NCBI GenBank assembly: GCA_024679065.1 | Contig: JAGIQG010000026.1 | Coordinates: 28,086,001 to 28,150,000, forward strand | Direction of reading: 5' to 3' | Origin: Sphyrna mokarran | Taxonomy: Eukaryota | Length of the DNA: 64,000 nucleotides | Shown: positions 50,201 through 60,359 of the stretch, piece by piece | Position numbering within the stretch: the first letter of the stretch is position 1 | How the letters are laid out: each line of letters begins with the position of its first letter | The notes under the pieces: generated by a model | Database searches by the model: none | What the model was told of the DNA's origin: nothing | What the model saw: the letters and a program-made list of their open reading frames with translations, nothing else | Made by a program: the position numbers and the translations under genes

Positions 50201-53200
50201 GCAAAAAGCAACATAAAGGGGCAGGAAAGAAACAACAGAAGGGGCCAGTTCAAGAACGTAAAGAAGCAAAACACTGCAACTCAAAGCCCTGGCTTAGAGA
50301 CTCAAATTTCAAAAAAGCAAGGCAAGTCCAGTCCAAGACTCCAGAGGTATTATATTGGCAGAGTGAGGGGTCTGTGGGTTCAAGTACCATTTAGGACTTG
50401 AACATAAAAAAATCAAAGTCAATTCTTCAGTGCAGTACTGAGGGAGTGCTGCACTGACATGCCGAGTTTTGGATTAGGTGTTAGAGATGCCCCATCTGTC
50501 TTGCAGATAGGTGTAAAATATTGTAATAGCAGTATCTCAAAGAAGAGCAGGGGAGTTATTCCGGCATCCTGGTCGATATTCAATCGACAAACATCACTAA
50601 AATTGATTATCTCGTATCACATTCCTGTTTCTGGGACCTTGCTGTGTGGAAATTGGCTATTGCATTTCCTACATTACCGTAGTGGCTACACATCAAAAGT
50701 ACTTATAACTTCATAAGTTCGTAAAATATAGGAGCAGAATTAGGCCATTCTGTACATCAAGTCCACTCCACCATTTGATCATGGCTGATATGCTTCACAT
50801 CCCCAAAACTTTTCAACCCATTACCAATTACAAACCTGTCTAATTCCTCCTCAAACTTAATGTCCCAGCATCCACCACACATTGGGATAGTGAATTTCAC
50901 AGATTCACAACTGTTTGGGAAAAGTAGTTTCTCCTCAACTCAGTTTTAGATAAAGGGGTAGCAAATTTAAAACAATGATCTCTCATCCGAGAATGCCCAC
51001 AAAAGGAAGCATCCTCTCTATGTCTACTTTATCACACATTAAGTGGCTTCGGAAAGTACTATGGTGAGAAAAGGTTCTACACAAATGTAAACCTTTTTAG
51101 TTGTGGAGAGGCTCCTGGCAACAGATAGATTGTATGATGGCAGCGTTACACAATGTTGGGGCTGTTTTAATAATGGGATTTTAACTTGCATATAGACTGA
51201 GATGACCAGAATAGCTTCGGTCAGAAAAATCATGAAATTACTGATTTGATAATATTCATGCTACAGATGGTAATGACCATCTTCAACAAGAAAGAGTCAA
51301 ACTACCTCCTCTGCCATTCAACCCCACCTTCAACATCCTGGAATCACCACTAAACGTAAACTAGTTGGAGAAACACATTCATATATTGAGGCTACAAGAG
51401 CTATTCAGAGGCTGAACATTCTGCATCGAGTAACTTATCACCAGACTCCCAAAGCCTTTCCAGTATCTACACGTCAGGAGTGTGACGAAACGTTCTATAC
51501 TTGCATGCATGAATGCAGTTCCAATAATACTCATGGAACCTGACACCATCCAGGACAAAGCAACGAACTTAACTGGCAACCACCATGTTTATGTTTATGA
51601 ATTTACTCCCTCCCACCAATTTACCATCCACAAAATACATTGCAACAATAAATTCATCAAGATTTCTTCAAAAGCACCTTCCACACCTACGACCTCTACT
51701 ACCTTGATAAAGGGCAATAAATGTATGGGATAACCACCATTTGCACGTATCCTTCAAGTTATACACAATTCTGACTTGTTGATCATTCATTATCACTGGG
51801 CCAAATTACCAGAACATCCTACTTCACAGTGATGCGTGTGTATCTATTCTTCAAGAAGACAGCACACCATCACCTTCCAGAGAGTAACTAGCAAAAAGAA
51901 ATCAAATTTCGACCTATTAAAATAGCCAGCACAGATTTGTAAAAGATAGGTCATACCTGCTTAATCTGAAGAAGCTTTTTGAAGAGGTGATTTAAACAGC
52001 AGGCAAGGAAATGACCAAGTCTATATGAACTTCCAGAAACTGTCTACTGAAGTCCTTCATAAGAGGTTAAGTAAAATTGAAGTTCATGAATTCCAAAGTC
52101 AAACAATTTATCCGATTAGAAAACTGGATAAGTGTGGGAGACAGAGAAAGAATAATGGATAGACAGTCTAATCGACAGGATGTGATTAGTGGTATTCAAC
52201 AAGAATCTGCGTCATGGATCTCAAGAACTGAGATGATGGGTAGAGAGCCACCTAGCAAACTTTACAAATGACAAAGATAGCCAGCACTTTAAGCAACGTA
52301 GTAAGGAAGTTAAAACTACAGAGTTATGGACAAAACTTTGTAAAATGGATTTCAACAAAGGCAAATGTGAGATAACCCACTTTCTAAATGGCAAAAAACA
52401 AACATCGAAAGTCCAAAGAGACAATGTACATGAGGGAGATTTGTGTATGCAGATCATTAAAATGTTCCATTCAGCTTTTGACAAATATTCAAAAAAAGGC
52501 TAATGGAAAGCAGATATTAATATTCAAAAGACCAAAATATAAATAGGTAGAAGTTAAGCTTCAGCTATTCAAAGCCTTGGATACACCACACCTGGAGTAC
52601 TGTGGGCAATTGCAAGCACCACACATGAATATATGAGTATTGGAAATAGTGCAACCACATTGGTCAGAATGATACCTGAACTCCAAGGGTTAAATTACAA
52701 GGAAAGTTTACACAAATTAGGGTTGCATTCTCTGAAATTCATAAGGTTAAGAGTTAATTTGATCTTTAGATGTTACAGGGAGTTCATAGATGAGATAAGT
52801 TATTTATGCTGTTCGGGCAGGCCAAGACTACAGATCTAGTCTAAAAATTAGACTAAGGCCTTTCTCTGAGGACTGAAATTTACAAACACAAAGGGTGCCT
52901 GGAGTTTATAACTCTCCAGAGAACAGCAATTGTGAGGTGAGTTGTAAATCCGAGATTATATTTTTATTAACCAAAGCTGTGAAGGGGTATGGGGCAAAGG
53001 CAGGCATCTAGATTAGGCCACAGATTAGCCATGATCATCAAATAATCAAACACATCTGAGGAGCTAAATTGTCTCCTCTTTTCTTGTACTCTCTGTACCA
53101 ATCCCTCTTGGAGGTCCCTTGTAAGTAAGTGTTTATCCAGCAATTATTCATCATCTAGACAATTGCATTGGGCTGGGGATTATCCGACAAGGTGATTTAA

Positions 53201-56200
53201 ATCCCATGTCTAAATCCCCACCTGGTGATGTCAGGACGGTCATGCAAGACAGGCACGTTACATTTCAAATACAGGTAACTTACTACGGAGTGGCAATTCA
53301 CCAATGATTGCCACTCTGAGGACATTATGGGTCAATAATAGAGAAATGAATGAGTGGAGTGACACTAGGAAACTACCAAAATTTGGCAGAATTTAAATTG
53401 GTTTTTCATAGCCACATTACTCCAGGGAGGTACGAAGGTTTCAAGTTTATCATCAGTGGATAGAGGAATGCGTAGGTTTAAAAGCATGGCAAACAGATTC
53501 TTGATGTTTAAGAATATGATAGTTTTCTAAATTCTGAGCAGCTGCGGGTCACAATAAAGAGGAAAGATAAACTTTTTTACTTTAAACTACGTGTCACAAG
53601 GAGGTTTATATTAACACTTCAATGAAATAACTGAAAATTCCTTAGTCACCACACTCTGCCACCTGTTTGGGTACACTGAGGGAGAATTTAGCGTGGCCAA
53701 TGCACTTAAACAGCACGTCCTTCAGACTGTGGGAGGAAACTGGAGCACCAGGGGGAAATCCATGCAAGCATAGGGAGAACGTGCAAATTCCACACAGACG
53801 GTGACCCAAGGTGGGAATCGAACCGGATCCCTGGCGCTGCGAAGAAGAGGGAAATACCAGAAGGAAAGAGTCCAGGGGTCTACAAAAGAGTGCATGAAAA
53901 AGCAGTGAATTTTGAACCAGTGGATGCAGTTTTCTGAAATATGGTCATACTACAAAATATTCCAGGGACTAAAAGAAAATAGGGTCCTGAGGGCTGGCAG
54001 AATCTCATTGTTGGCAAGAAGGTACTGGGTTTCAGGAACACAGAGAGGAAGTTTTATGTCAGAAATGGGGGAAATAGAGGGCTCTGCTGCATTTGGTGTG
54101 GCTAGAAGACTTCCAGGATCTAGTCATGTTGTGATTGTCAAGCTTAAAATTCACAGAATACTCAGATCTGAGTAGCTCTTGTAGTCATGGCATTTGTGTG
54201 GCTGGTCAAGTCAAGTTTCTATGCTAGTGGTGAGGGATTCCTTGATAGTAAGTCTTTGAAGGTTATGGGGAAGTAGTTAAATTTTCTCATGTTGGGGATT
54301 GCCAATGCTGGTCAATTACATGGACCCGAAGCCTGTGTCCAGGTCTTGTTACATGCAATAATGGGTTGCTTCATTATGTGACGTAATGGAATTGGACGCT
54401 GCAATTACAATGCTGACCTGCTCATCTCCTACAAATGGCAAATGACCAGTTAAATCTATCCTTGTGAAGCTGATTGAAAATATTAGCCATGGCATCACAT
54501 AATTCCACTGCTCTTCTTCATTACAGTGCCATGGGATCTTTCATATTCACACAAGGGGGCATATGGAAACATGGTTTAATGTCTTGTGAAAATCGATATC
54601 TGATTCGTTCAACACTGCAGTAGAGTGCAGCCTTGGTTTGTCTCCTCATGTGGGACTTGAATCTGCAATCTTTGGACTCAAAAGATGAGTGCGCTACCAA
54701 CTAAGCCACAGCTGACAACTAAAAAGAGCCAATATATTGGAATCAGTTATTAAAAGAGTGAAAAATGAAAGTCACAAAAGTCCCAGAAGATCATAGGCTG
54801 CTCTCCCCCTTCTTAAGGGAGCTGACTGCTGATGATTTAATCTGATTGTCACCACACCTCAGGCGAGGGGCAAGGTTAAGATGGCAGAGCCTTCATGAAT
54901 AACCTCAGCTGATATGGGAATTGAAGCCATACTGTTGGGGTTACTCTGCATCACAAACCAGCCATCTAACCAACTGTGCTAACCAATCTTACGATTAAAA
55001 TAAAAATTAAATTAAATACAGCATATTCTCCAAATGATTGAATAAATGAAACAGCAACTAGACCAAGTTTTTTCTATGGTTGGTAGGGAACAAATGAATA
55101 GAAAGCAAACAGCAAATGATTAAAGTTCATGAAAGCAACTAAAAGTCAACATAGAAGATAGGAAGACGCCTTTAAACCGAAAACCCAATGCCAATCAAAT
55201 ATAACTGCTGCCATGTAATTAATTAAATAAAATAGCTTCTGAAGGAAGACATTGTTTGGGAGTGTGTATGTACCAGGAGCAAAGAATGAAAAATAAACCA
55301 GTACAAATTAGAATTGAACTATGGACCGCCTGACAGATGCACTTGGAAAAGGCCTCTCATCAGATTGGGAGTAAAAACCGAGGATAAGCCAATAAAAGGA
55401 ACAGATAATCAATTTACACTTAAGATTTAGTAACAATATTATAAGCATGACTATCTTAGATCGTAAGATGTTTATTTAACTTGTCACTAGCCGAAGCAGA
55501 TTTCAACAAATTCTGAGTCACGCTTATGGAGGATCAAGAAGGGACCAAGGAGAGGAACTTGGCCACATGCTGCCTCTTCCAGTAGATGATAAGGCAGTGG
55601 TCAGGAAAGTTAAGAAAGGGAAACAGAAGAAGGGAGAAGAAAAGTGCATTTGAGATGGGAGGGAGAAGACTCAAAGGGGGCAGATAGAATGCTCTCAGCT
55701 TTGTGCAAGAGCCTGGAATGGGAACTTTCAATTCCACTCCCAGTATCAGGTGAGGAAAGTCTTGTCATTAAAAGATTTGTATAAGAAAAAAAACTTCTGC
55801 ATAGTCAAAGGAATTCTTTAAGGGAATTCTGTGCTGCAGTTTAAAAATCCATTCTGATTCTTAAAAAAATACATAAATTTCTGTAATACCCTGAGGGTTA
55901 AGTAATAGTTAAGTGCAGCTACAATTCTTAGTTTATATAGTGTGACAAAATTGCAACTGTGAAAGTAATAAGTATGACAAAACAGGAAATTCCACAAAGC
56001 TGTAATACTTGGACTCCAAGATTTAAAATGAGAGGACAGATGACACAAATTTTGCATTTTCCAGTTGTAATGGAATGTTCCTAGCCTAGCAATCTATTGT
56101 GGCTGTCAGAAAAGCATGTGATACTCTGAAAATAATATTTTGAAACTGCATTGAGCTGCAGGCTCTGAGCACTGGGTGGTGCTAAAGAACCGCTTTTCAT

Positions 56201-59200
56201 TTCAGGCAGACTTGCTGTGTCATCTTAAAAACAAAATACTGTAGATACTGGTAATCTGAAATTAAAACAGAAACTGCTGAAATACTCAACAGGTTCAATA
56301 ACATCCATGGAGAGCAAAAGAATCACATCTGATTGAAAACACTAACTGTTTCTCTCTCCACAGATGCTGCCAGAACTGCTATGTATTTCCAGCACTGTTT
56401 TTATTGCAATATCATATTTCTTACTATACAAGACAACAGTGCAAGGTTAACAGATTAGCTTGCATCTTATCAATTTTAACCTTTTTAACAATAAAGATGG
56501 GCTCTGCTTCTCAATACCACAAAAGATCTAAGTTTTTTTTCAAAAGTCAGCTCTGGTTCTTTTTGCTACATGTAAATGGTTGTTTGGGGTAACAGGTGAT
56601 GGAGAGAGAATATTGTAAGTCTGCAACATATGCAAGCAACCAGTCTCATTTCTTTCCTTCCTGAGAAATTAGGAAATTGGAAAATTGCAGTTGAATCACA
56701 TCTCATTGAATTGCACTATTATAGCATTATTATACTATGTTGCTCTAAAGCCTGTGTTAGTGTCCTAAACGTATTCAGCATTATTTCACATGTGACATGA
56801 TGGTCATCCATGTATCCATCCATATGGGAGCTCAACAATAGCAGTGGGAAATCCATGCAAGAGAAGGATAACCTAAGTAGCCACATAATTCTCAGCCACA
56901 GTGTAATTGGGAACAATGATATTCTTTCATCAAAATGATAACATACTGAAAGGAAACATTTATTTTTATACCTGCTAATAGGCAGCACTTATACAAAGGC
57001 TTAATAGTTGAATATGTTTAGGACACTAACACACTTCAGGGCAACAAAATATAATAATGCAATAATAGTGCAATACAATGAGATGTGATTCAACTGCAAT
57101 TTTCCAATTTCCTAATTTCTCAGGAAGGAAAGGAATGAGACTGGTCGCTTGCGTACAATGCAGATTTACAATATTCTCTACCTCTGTGCTGCTCTCTTCT
57201 ATCCTCTCTGTCACCTATCACCCCTAAACAATCATACTCACATCTTAATTACGCAAAAGACTTCCTCGTCATGTAGTCTCTCTTCCAGATTCATTCTGTT
57301 CTTTCTTCTCTCTCATCCTCACAATGTGTAATAACCTTTTCTTCATCCCTCCCACTCGCAACACACTGTCTCTTTTCTCCAGTTTGTATTTACTACATTC
57401 TCTCTTGCCCTGGTGCAAATTCTCTTTTGCTCTGTTTGTGCACACATTCTCACCTGAAACATACCTATTTAGCTTTTATATTTCTGGCCTCTCTCAGGCA
57501 CTTTCTCCCTTCCTTTGAACTTGGTCCTCCTCTTTCCCCACCGACTTCATTCACATCACATTGAACTCTCCTCTCTTGTTTTCTCACCCCTTTTCATAAA
57601 TATTCAGAGTCATAGAGTTTCATAGCACAAAAAGAGGCTCTTTGGCCCATCTTGTCTCCCCAACGCCATCAAGCACCTACTTATTCTAATCCCATTTTCT
57701 AGCACTTGGCCCGTATCCTTGTATACTAGGGCATTTCAAGTGCTCATCTAAATATTTCTTAAATGCTGTGAAGTCCCCATCTCTACTACCCTTTCAGACT
57801 CCTGCCATTCTCTCAGTGAAAAGGCTTTTTCCTCTAATTCCCTCTAAATTTCCTGCTCTTTTACCTTAAATCAATATCTCCTGATCATTTACCCCTCCAA
57901 GGGGAAAAGCTCCATCCTATCTACTTCCCTCATAATATTGTACATTTCAATCATGTCACCCCCAGCCTTCTCTGCTCTAAGGGAAAAACCCCCAGTCTAG
58001 CCAGCTGCTCTTTATAGCTGAAATGTTCCAGCACAAGCAACATTCAAATGAGTCTTCTCCGCATCCTCTCTAGTGCAATCATATTCTTCCTGTCACTCAT
58101 GTTAATTTATCTAATGTACCCCTGCCACATAACTTGCATTTATAAAGCACTTTAATGCAAAACAAGTAAACCAAGATGCTTTAGATAAGCGCAGGAAATT
58201 TAATACCACATTGGAGGGGGGAGTTGAGACTAGACTGAAAGCTTGATAAACAACATAAATCTTTGGAATTAGGACAGAAGGTGAACAGCTTGCAACTAAT
58301 ATGGACATCCAGATAGTAAGATTCATGTGGATAAAATTCTGCTGCTAGTATGAGATTGCATTGATAAGGCAGGCGGCATGGAGAAATTTGAAGGCAAGGA
58401 CAATAGTATTAAATTGAACATCTTGCGGGACAGGGACTTAACATAAGCCTGTGAAGGCAAGCAATGAGAGAGTAAAATGTATTGTGGTGGAATAGGAGAT
58501 TGGAAGTTTATGAAGAGTTGAGGTGAAAAGGCGAGCAAGGATATCAGAAAATAGGCTAAAACAGACAATACTGCAGAAGTGAAAGTAAACCATCTTCATG
58601 AATCAAAGTTATCAAATTTAACCAGGGCACCAAGGTGTCTTTTAGTTCAGGATAGTGGCAAAAAAGTGCTATCAATGCAAATATTTGTAATAGACACTGA
58701 AGATGATGGTTTCAGTGTTCTCAACATTTAACCGATGGAAGTTATGACTCATCCAAGACTAGGTGTCAGATAGGCCGAGGGGCAGTCCAAGGAACTGAGG
58801 GAAGATGGAGCTGAGTGTCACTGGCATATATGTGCGAGAGCTGAGCCCGTATAATGCATCATTCTCTTTCTCCCTTATAAACTCATTCTCTCCCATTTCC
58901 ATCTTCATGTTCTTTCTCCTTTCCTTTGCCCCTCTCCAGAGTCTGACAGCAATAGAGGACAAAAATAGTCAGGCTGCTTTATAACAAAGCTACTTTATAA
59001 AGGACATGATGCACAATAGATTAATAAAGTTGCCACTGACTCGAACTTTATGCACTGGAGACTAATAATATTAAAGTCTACTTGCAGTCTGAAATGAACC
59101 TAAGCCAGTCTAAAGCTTGCCCCAAAGCTATCACAGTGCATCCAAAATAGACAAGTGATCCACATCCCAATGTGGATGTCTCACATTGGTTGAGTACATA

Positions 59201-60251
59201 AGTTCACTATTTCTATTTTAAAAAGGGGCCACATTAAAATGATGTGTTCATTCCTCAAGTTTATTTCATTCCTATAGACTTTTTAAACAATATCACTTTG
59301 AAAGCCATTTTCATAATAGCCCAGATTTTATATACATTTAGTCTTACTATTTATACAGCCATTTAAACTTCTTGTTATAATACCACCTCATTTGCAATAC
59401 ATTTTTGAAAAAATAAATCTAATTTCACTGGAGTTCAAATCATAATTCAACAGCCAGCATTTGCTGCCTACCACCACCCTCAAGGACAGTTAGAGGTGGA
59501 AGTTTGAGCCACAAATTTCACACATCAAGGTTCAAATCATTCTGGTGAACCATCCAGTCATCAGAACCATCCTGACACATTACTAAGTCAAAACACACAA
59601 CCTACGTACAACACCTCTTCAAGTCTTGCCTCTTCAGCATTCCAGTTCTAATACACTTTATAAGTTATAAAACATACCAAAATGAAAGCTGAGATTACAC
59701 AGCCATATCCATTTTTTGTTAACTCGCAGCTGGAAAAGCAAAGCAAGCTAGATTAGCTGACATGAGATCACTGATTTACACTTTGGTAAACAGAAAGTTA
59801 ATAAAGATCACCCCAGTAACATTATTTGAAGAAAGAGCAGTATGTTTGTCCAGTCTTAAAAAGGTGAAAGTATGATTGTATAAAATAAAGCCCCAGATGA
59901 AGAAGCAAGCAGACAACGAGATTGGAACAAGTTGGCATAAAATAAAAAATTCACAAGTATCAAGGTTAGAGATTAAGAAAAAAAATACACTGCACAGGGC
60001 AGTGGATGCTAGAAACAAGCTCCAGAAAAGTGAGTTAACGTGGGTTTCAATGGCACATTTAAAATGGGATCTATGTTGCAAAATGCTTTCAATTTCAAAT
60101 TTTTGTAAGACAACTCAAGTATAACTCAAACTGACAATCCTAATGTTTCACAAAATGTAATAGTGAAATGAATACTGAGGTAGAATGGTTACCTTCTGTC
60201 CTTTCTCGTTTTTTTGAAACACAAAAACAGGTGGAGCAATGGCAGGTTTCT
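14077..60251 (-). CDS. RANBP3: RANBP3 (Ran-binding protein 3), partial spliced gene: 7 N-terminal coding exons in window
   Basis: Seven GT-AG exons join in consistent phase into a 551-nt open frame. It matches motifs I recall from vertebrate RANBP3: KPAIAPPVFVFQK, PPVKRER, GFRLKPPTLIHGQAPSAG, KEQQRSVLRPAVLQ, SSGTNGVS. Start exon and RanBD exons are outside the window. Confidence 0.96.
16160..16348. mobile_element. Old palindromic Penelope-type short element with degenerate hammerhead core
   Basis: gctcagcagggctggcagcatctgtggagagag ... ctgacgaaagatgacagacttgaaacat ... ttttctgtttttatt; the two halves are reverse complements. Confidence 0.65.
16925..16951 (-). CDS. Candidate RANBP3 microexon (27 nt): (V)ESQVCAIS
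   Basis: tctgctctttatttgttttttcaatcag|TGGAG...TATCAG|gtatat; phase 1-1 fits the host intron; TGCATG just downstream. Confidence 0.45.
19518..19610 (-). CDS. RANBP3: RANBP3 coding exon (93 nt): (G)LPNQKSKEQQRSVLRPAVLQPPQPKSFTQN
   Basis: ggtcttgcag|GTCTTCCT...CAAAACG|gtaact; phase 1-1. Embedded in ORF 19438..19626. Confidence 0.96.
21085..21540 (-). mobile_element. Ancient CR1 3' fragment
   Basis: Highly decayed tail, cctctataattttgaaa (antisense FKII) and ccagaactg motif. Confidence 0.5.
24880..25670 (+). mobile_element. Two adjacent decayed LINE 3' fragments
   Basis: gatgtttaaaattattgaaggatatt (FKII.G) remnant, then the ggattgcagtggttcaagg...aataaatgctgg tail family. Confidence 0.6.
27308..28460 (-). 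mobile_element. Young 5'-truncated CR1 (HER1-like) LINE with long 3' UTR containing a V-SINE-like segment
   Basis: ORF 27886..28326 MLQLYKTLVRPHLENCIQFWSPYYRKDVETLERVQRRFTRMLPG...RLRGDLIEVYKIMRGIDRV is a textbook CR1 ORF2 C-terminus. V domain at about 27440-27570; terminal ggccgaagggcctgtttcc...tttgttctttgt. Confidence 0.93.
29338..29403 (-). CDS. RANBP3: RANBP3 coding exon (66 nt): (D)EKNVGFRLKPPTLIHGQAPSA
   Basis: ttctttctctttag|ATGAGAAG...AGTGCTG|gtgagt; phase 1-1. GFRLKPPTLIHGQAPSAG is identical to human. Confidence 0.97.
29639..29710 (-). CDS. RANBP3: RANBP3 coding exon (72 nt): (V)PKNNVFMPLGFCQAAASNSDSEP
   Basis: tatcttgcag|TTCCAAAG...GAGCCAG|gtaagt; symmetric phase 1-1, open frame. 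Resembles the KNNVFMP..FC...NSDSEP segment I recall from non-mammalian RANBP3. Confidence 0.88.
30330..30603 (+). mobile_element. Young CR1 3' fragment
   Basis: ASTRGHSFKLRG...RGRFFTQRVV..WNALP, then ggccgaagggcctgttctgtgctgt...ctatgttcta tail. Confidence 0.92.
31250..32165 (+). mobile_element. Internally deleted CR1: ORF1 esterase remnant joined to ORF2 3' end
   Basis: From about 31560 reads NALLVGDSLVNGIGTVLC...LYCL...SGLERNLE...VVYFDTSDTGR (GDS esterase of CR1 ORF1). From about 31835 it is TRGHSFRIR/RRNFFS plus tail. Confidence 0.75.
32480..33340 (+). mobile_element. Decayed RTE-clade LINE 3' part
   Basis: YVECIPYFGSHLSQK (compare RTE FPYLGSHLS) and a degenerate LxWxGH-type region downstream. 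Confidence 0.6.
33890..34172 (-). mobile_element. HE1-type V-SINE
   Basis: Tail, V domain and tRNA-like head all recognisable. Confidence 0.9.
34748..35300. mobile_element. Possible Harbinger-type MITE fragment
   Basis: Begins gggactgaattttatg, like the GGGCTGAATTTT TIR recalled from shark MITEs. A matching reverse end (aaaattcaaccc) occurs on a separate copy ending near 5146. Confidence 0.35.
35400..35640 (+). mobile_element. DeuSINE (SacSINE1-like) 3' part
   Basis: cacattgctgtttgtga...aaattggctgctgcatttcctac...gacacttcaaaagtac...gaggtcgtgaaaaggtgct...aaatgcaagtc: Deu domain plus L2-type tail. Confidence 0.8.
37617..37706 (-). CDS. RANBP3: RANBP3 coding exon (90 nt) with NLS and RxRxxS phospho-motif: (D)SDKDDGNYPPPVKRERSSSFTQVFPPSQP
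   Basis: tttcttcag|ATTCTGAC...CAGCCAG|gtatgt; phase 1 to 1. PPVKRER NLS followed by the RSK/Akt-type site known in human RANBP3 (RERTSS). Confidence 0.96.
38747..38783 (-). CDS. RANBP3: RANBP3 coding exon (37 nt): RPVDTSSPEDAE(D)
   Basis: ttttatattttag|AGGCCAGTA...GCAGAAG|gtaagc; phase 0 to 1. Equivalent to human RSAGGSSPEGGE. Confidence 0.9.
39810..39846 (-). ncRNA. Minimal type I hammerhead ribozyme motif (sense to RANBP3 pre-mRNA)
   Basis: Minus strand gc-CUGAUGA-A-GGC-acaaag-GCC-GAAA-GCUA-gc: catalytic core, 3-bp stem II and palindromic AGCU in place of stem III. Confidence 0.7.
39890..39926 (+). ncRNA. Minimal hammerhead ribozyme motif, second arm
   Basis: gc-CUGACGA-A-GGCACAAAGACC-GAAA-GCUA-gc; stem II weakened by one substitution. 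Confidence 0.6.
40660..40882 (+). mobile_element. HE1-type V-SINE, truncated
   Basis: ggagtctgcacattctccccatgtctgcatgggtttcctctgggtgccccagttccctcccacag V domain. Confidence 0.88.
41540..41935 (+). mobile_element. Decayed CR1 RT fragment
   Basis: cactggtcaggtctcagctggaatactgt (LVRxQLEYC) motif. Confidence 0.7.
42815..43120 (-). mobile_element. Young CR1 3' fragment nested in an older CR1 (about 42590-43450)
   Basis: ORF 42902..43132 LFPRMEKASTRGHSFKLRG...RGRFFTQRVVRVWNALP. agttt occurs on both sides (possible short TSD). Confidence 0.92.
44910..44954 (-). CDS. Candidate RANBP3 alternative cassette exon (45 nt): EKLEPMTSPTPPSNK
   Basis: gctgtgtttatag|GAAAAA...AACAAG|gtaaca; phase 0-0 fits the host intron; no stop; not in a recognisable repeat. 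Confidence 0.5.
47380..47712 (+). mobile_element. HE1-type V-SINE
   Basis: B-box gggttcaatccc, V domain, tail ctgtaggaattcta. Confidence 0.88.
49495..49662 (+). mobile_element. V-SINE 3' half
   Basis: ggattggccatgctaaattgtcccttagt...gggccaaatagg tail. Confidence 0.75.
50355..50712 (+). mobile_element. DeuSINE (SacSINE1-like), interrupted by CR1 tail (50720-51035, minus)
   Basis: gtgggttcaagt B-box; cagtgcagtactgagggagtgctgcactg; gctgtgtggaaattggct...ctacacatcaaaagtac Deu domain. Confidence 0.82.
51900..53092 (+). mobile_element. Decayed CR1 RT and 3' end
   Basis: PHLEYC, MIPELQGLNYKESLHKLGLHSL (ORF 52633..52839) and tail. Confidence 0.8.
53590..53843 (-). mobile_element. V-SINE with non-CR1 tail (same subfamily as 3012-3302)
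   Basis: Shared block gggtacactgagggagaatttagcgtggccaatgcac and gtgtcacaag...attaacact tail. Confidence 0.85.
54420..54715 (-). mobile_element. DeuSINE, antisense
   Basis: ccactgctcttcttc...gtgccatgggatcttt...gggacttgaatc...gctaccaactaagccacagctgac. Confidence 0.7.
54768..54985 (-). mobile_element. tRNA-derived SINE, third family (copy 1)
   Basis: Reverse complement of the copy at 60811-61032; B-box ggcttcaattccc. Confidence 0.8.
56228..56404. mobile_element. Old palindromic Penelope-type short element
   Basis: aaaacagaaactgctgaaatactcaacagg ... tctctctccacagatgctgccagaactgctatgtatttccagca; same family as 16160-16348. Confidence 0.65.
56581..57230. repeat. Long inverted repeat: arms about 56581-56785 and 57003-57230, spacer about 220 bp
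   Basis: tttccttcctgagaaattaggaaattggaaaattgcagttgaatcacatctcattg has an exact reverse complement in the right arm; homology extends both ways. Confidence 0.95.
57605..58092 (-). mobile_element. CR1 LINE 3' fragment
   Basis: cagagtcatagag...tttggcccatc tail and ccctcataatattgtac (antisense YxIMR). Confidence 0.8.
58130..58860 (-). mobile_element. Decayed L2-clade LINE 3' part
   Basis: aacttgcatttataaagcacttt is an antisense L2 tail; gagctgagtgtcactggcata resembles antisense YADDTQL. Confidence 0.6.
60193..60251 (-). CDS. RANBP3: RANBP3 coding exon 2 (59 nt): (E)KPAIAPPVFVFQKNEKGQK
   Basis: Minus strand ttattcacag|AGAAACCTGCC...GGACAGAAG|gtaacc; phase 1 to 0. Matches human EKPAIAPPVFVFQKDKGQK. 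Confidence 0.95.
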
Positions 60252-60359
60252 CTGTGAATAAAGAACAATAAAATCAGTACGCACATTTCAGTCACAACTT
60301 CTTTTCTTCCACAAGAAATTGCAGAAATACTCAGTCTGACACATTCATCCATAGTCAAT

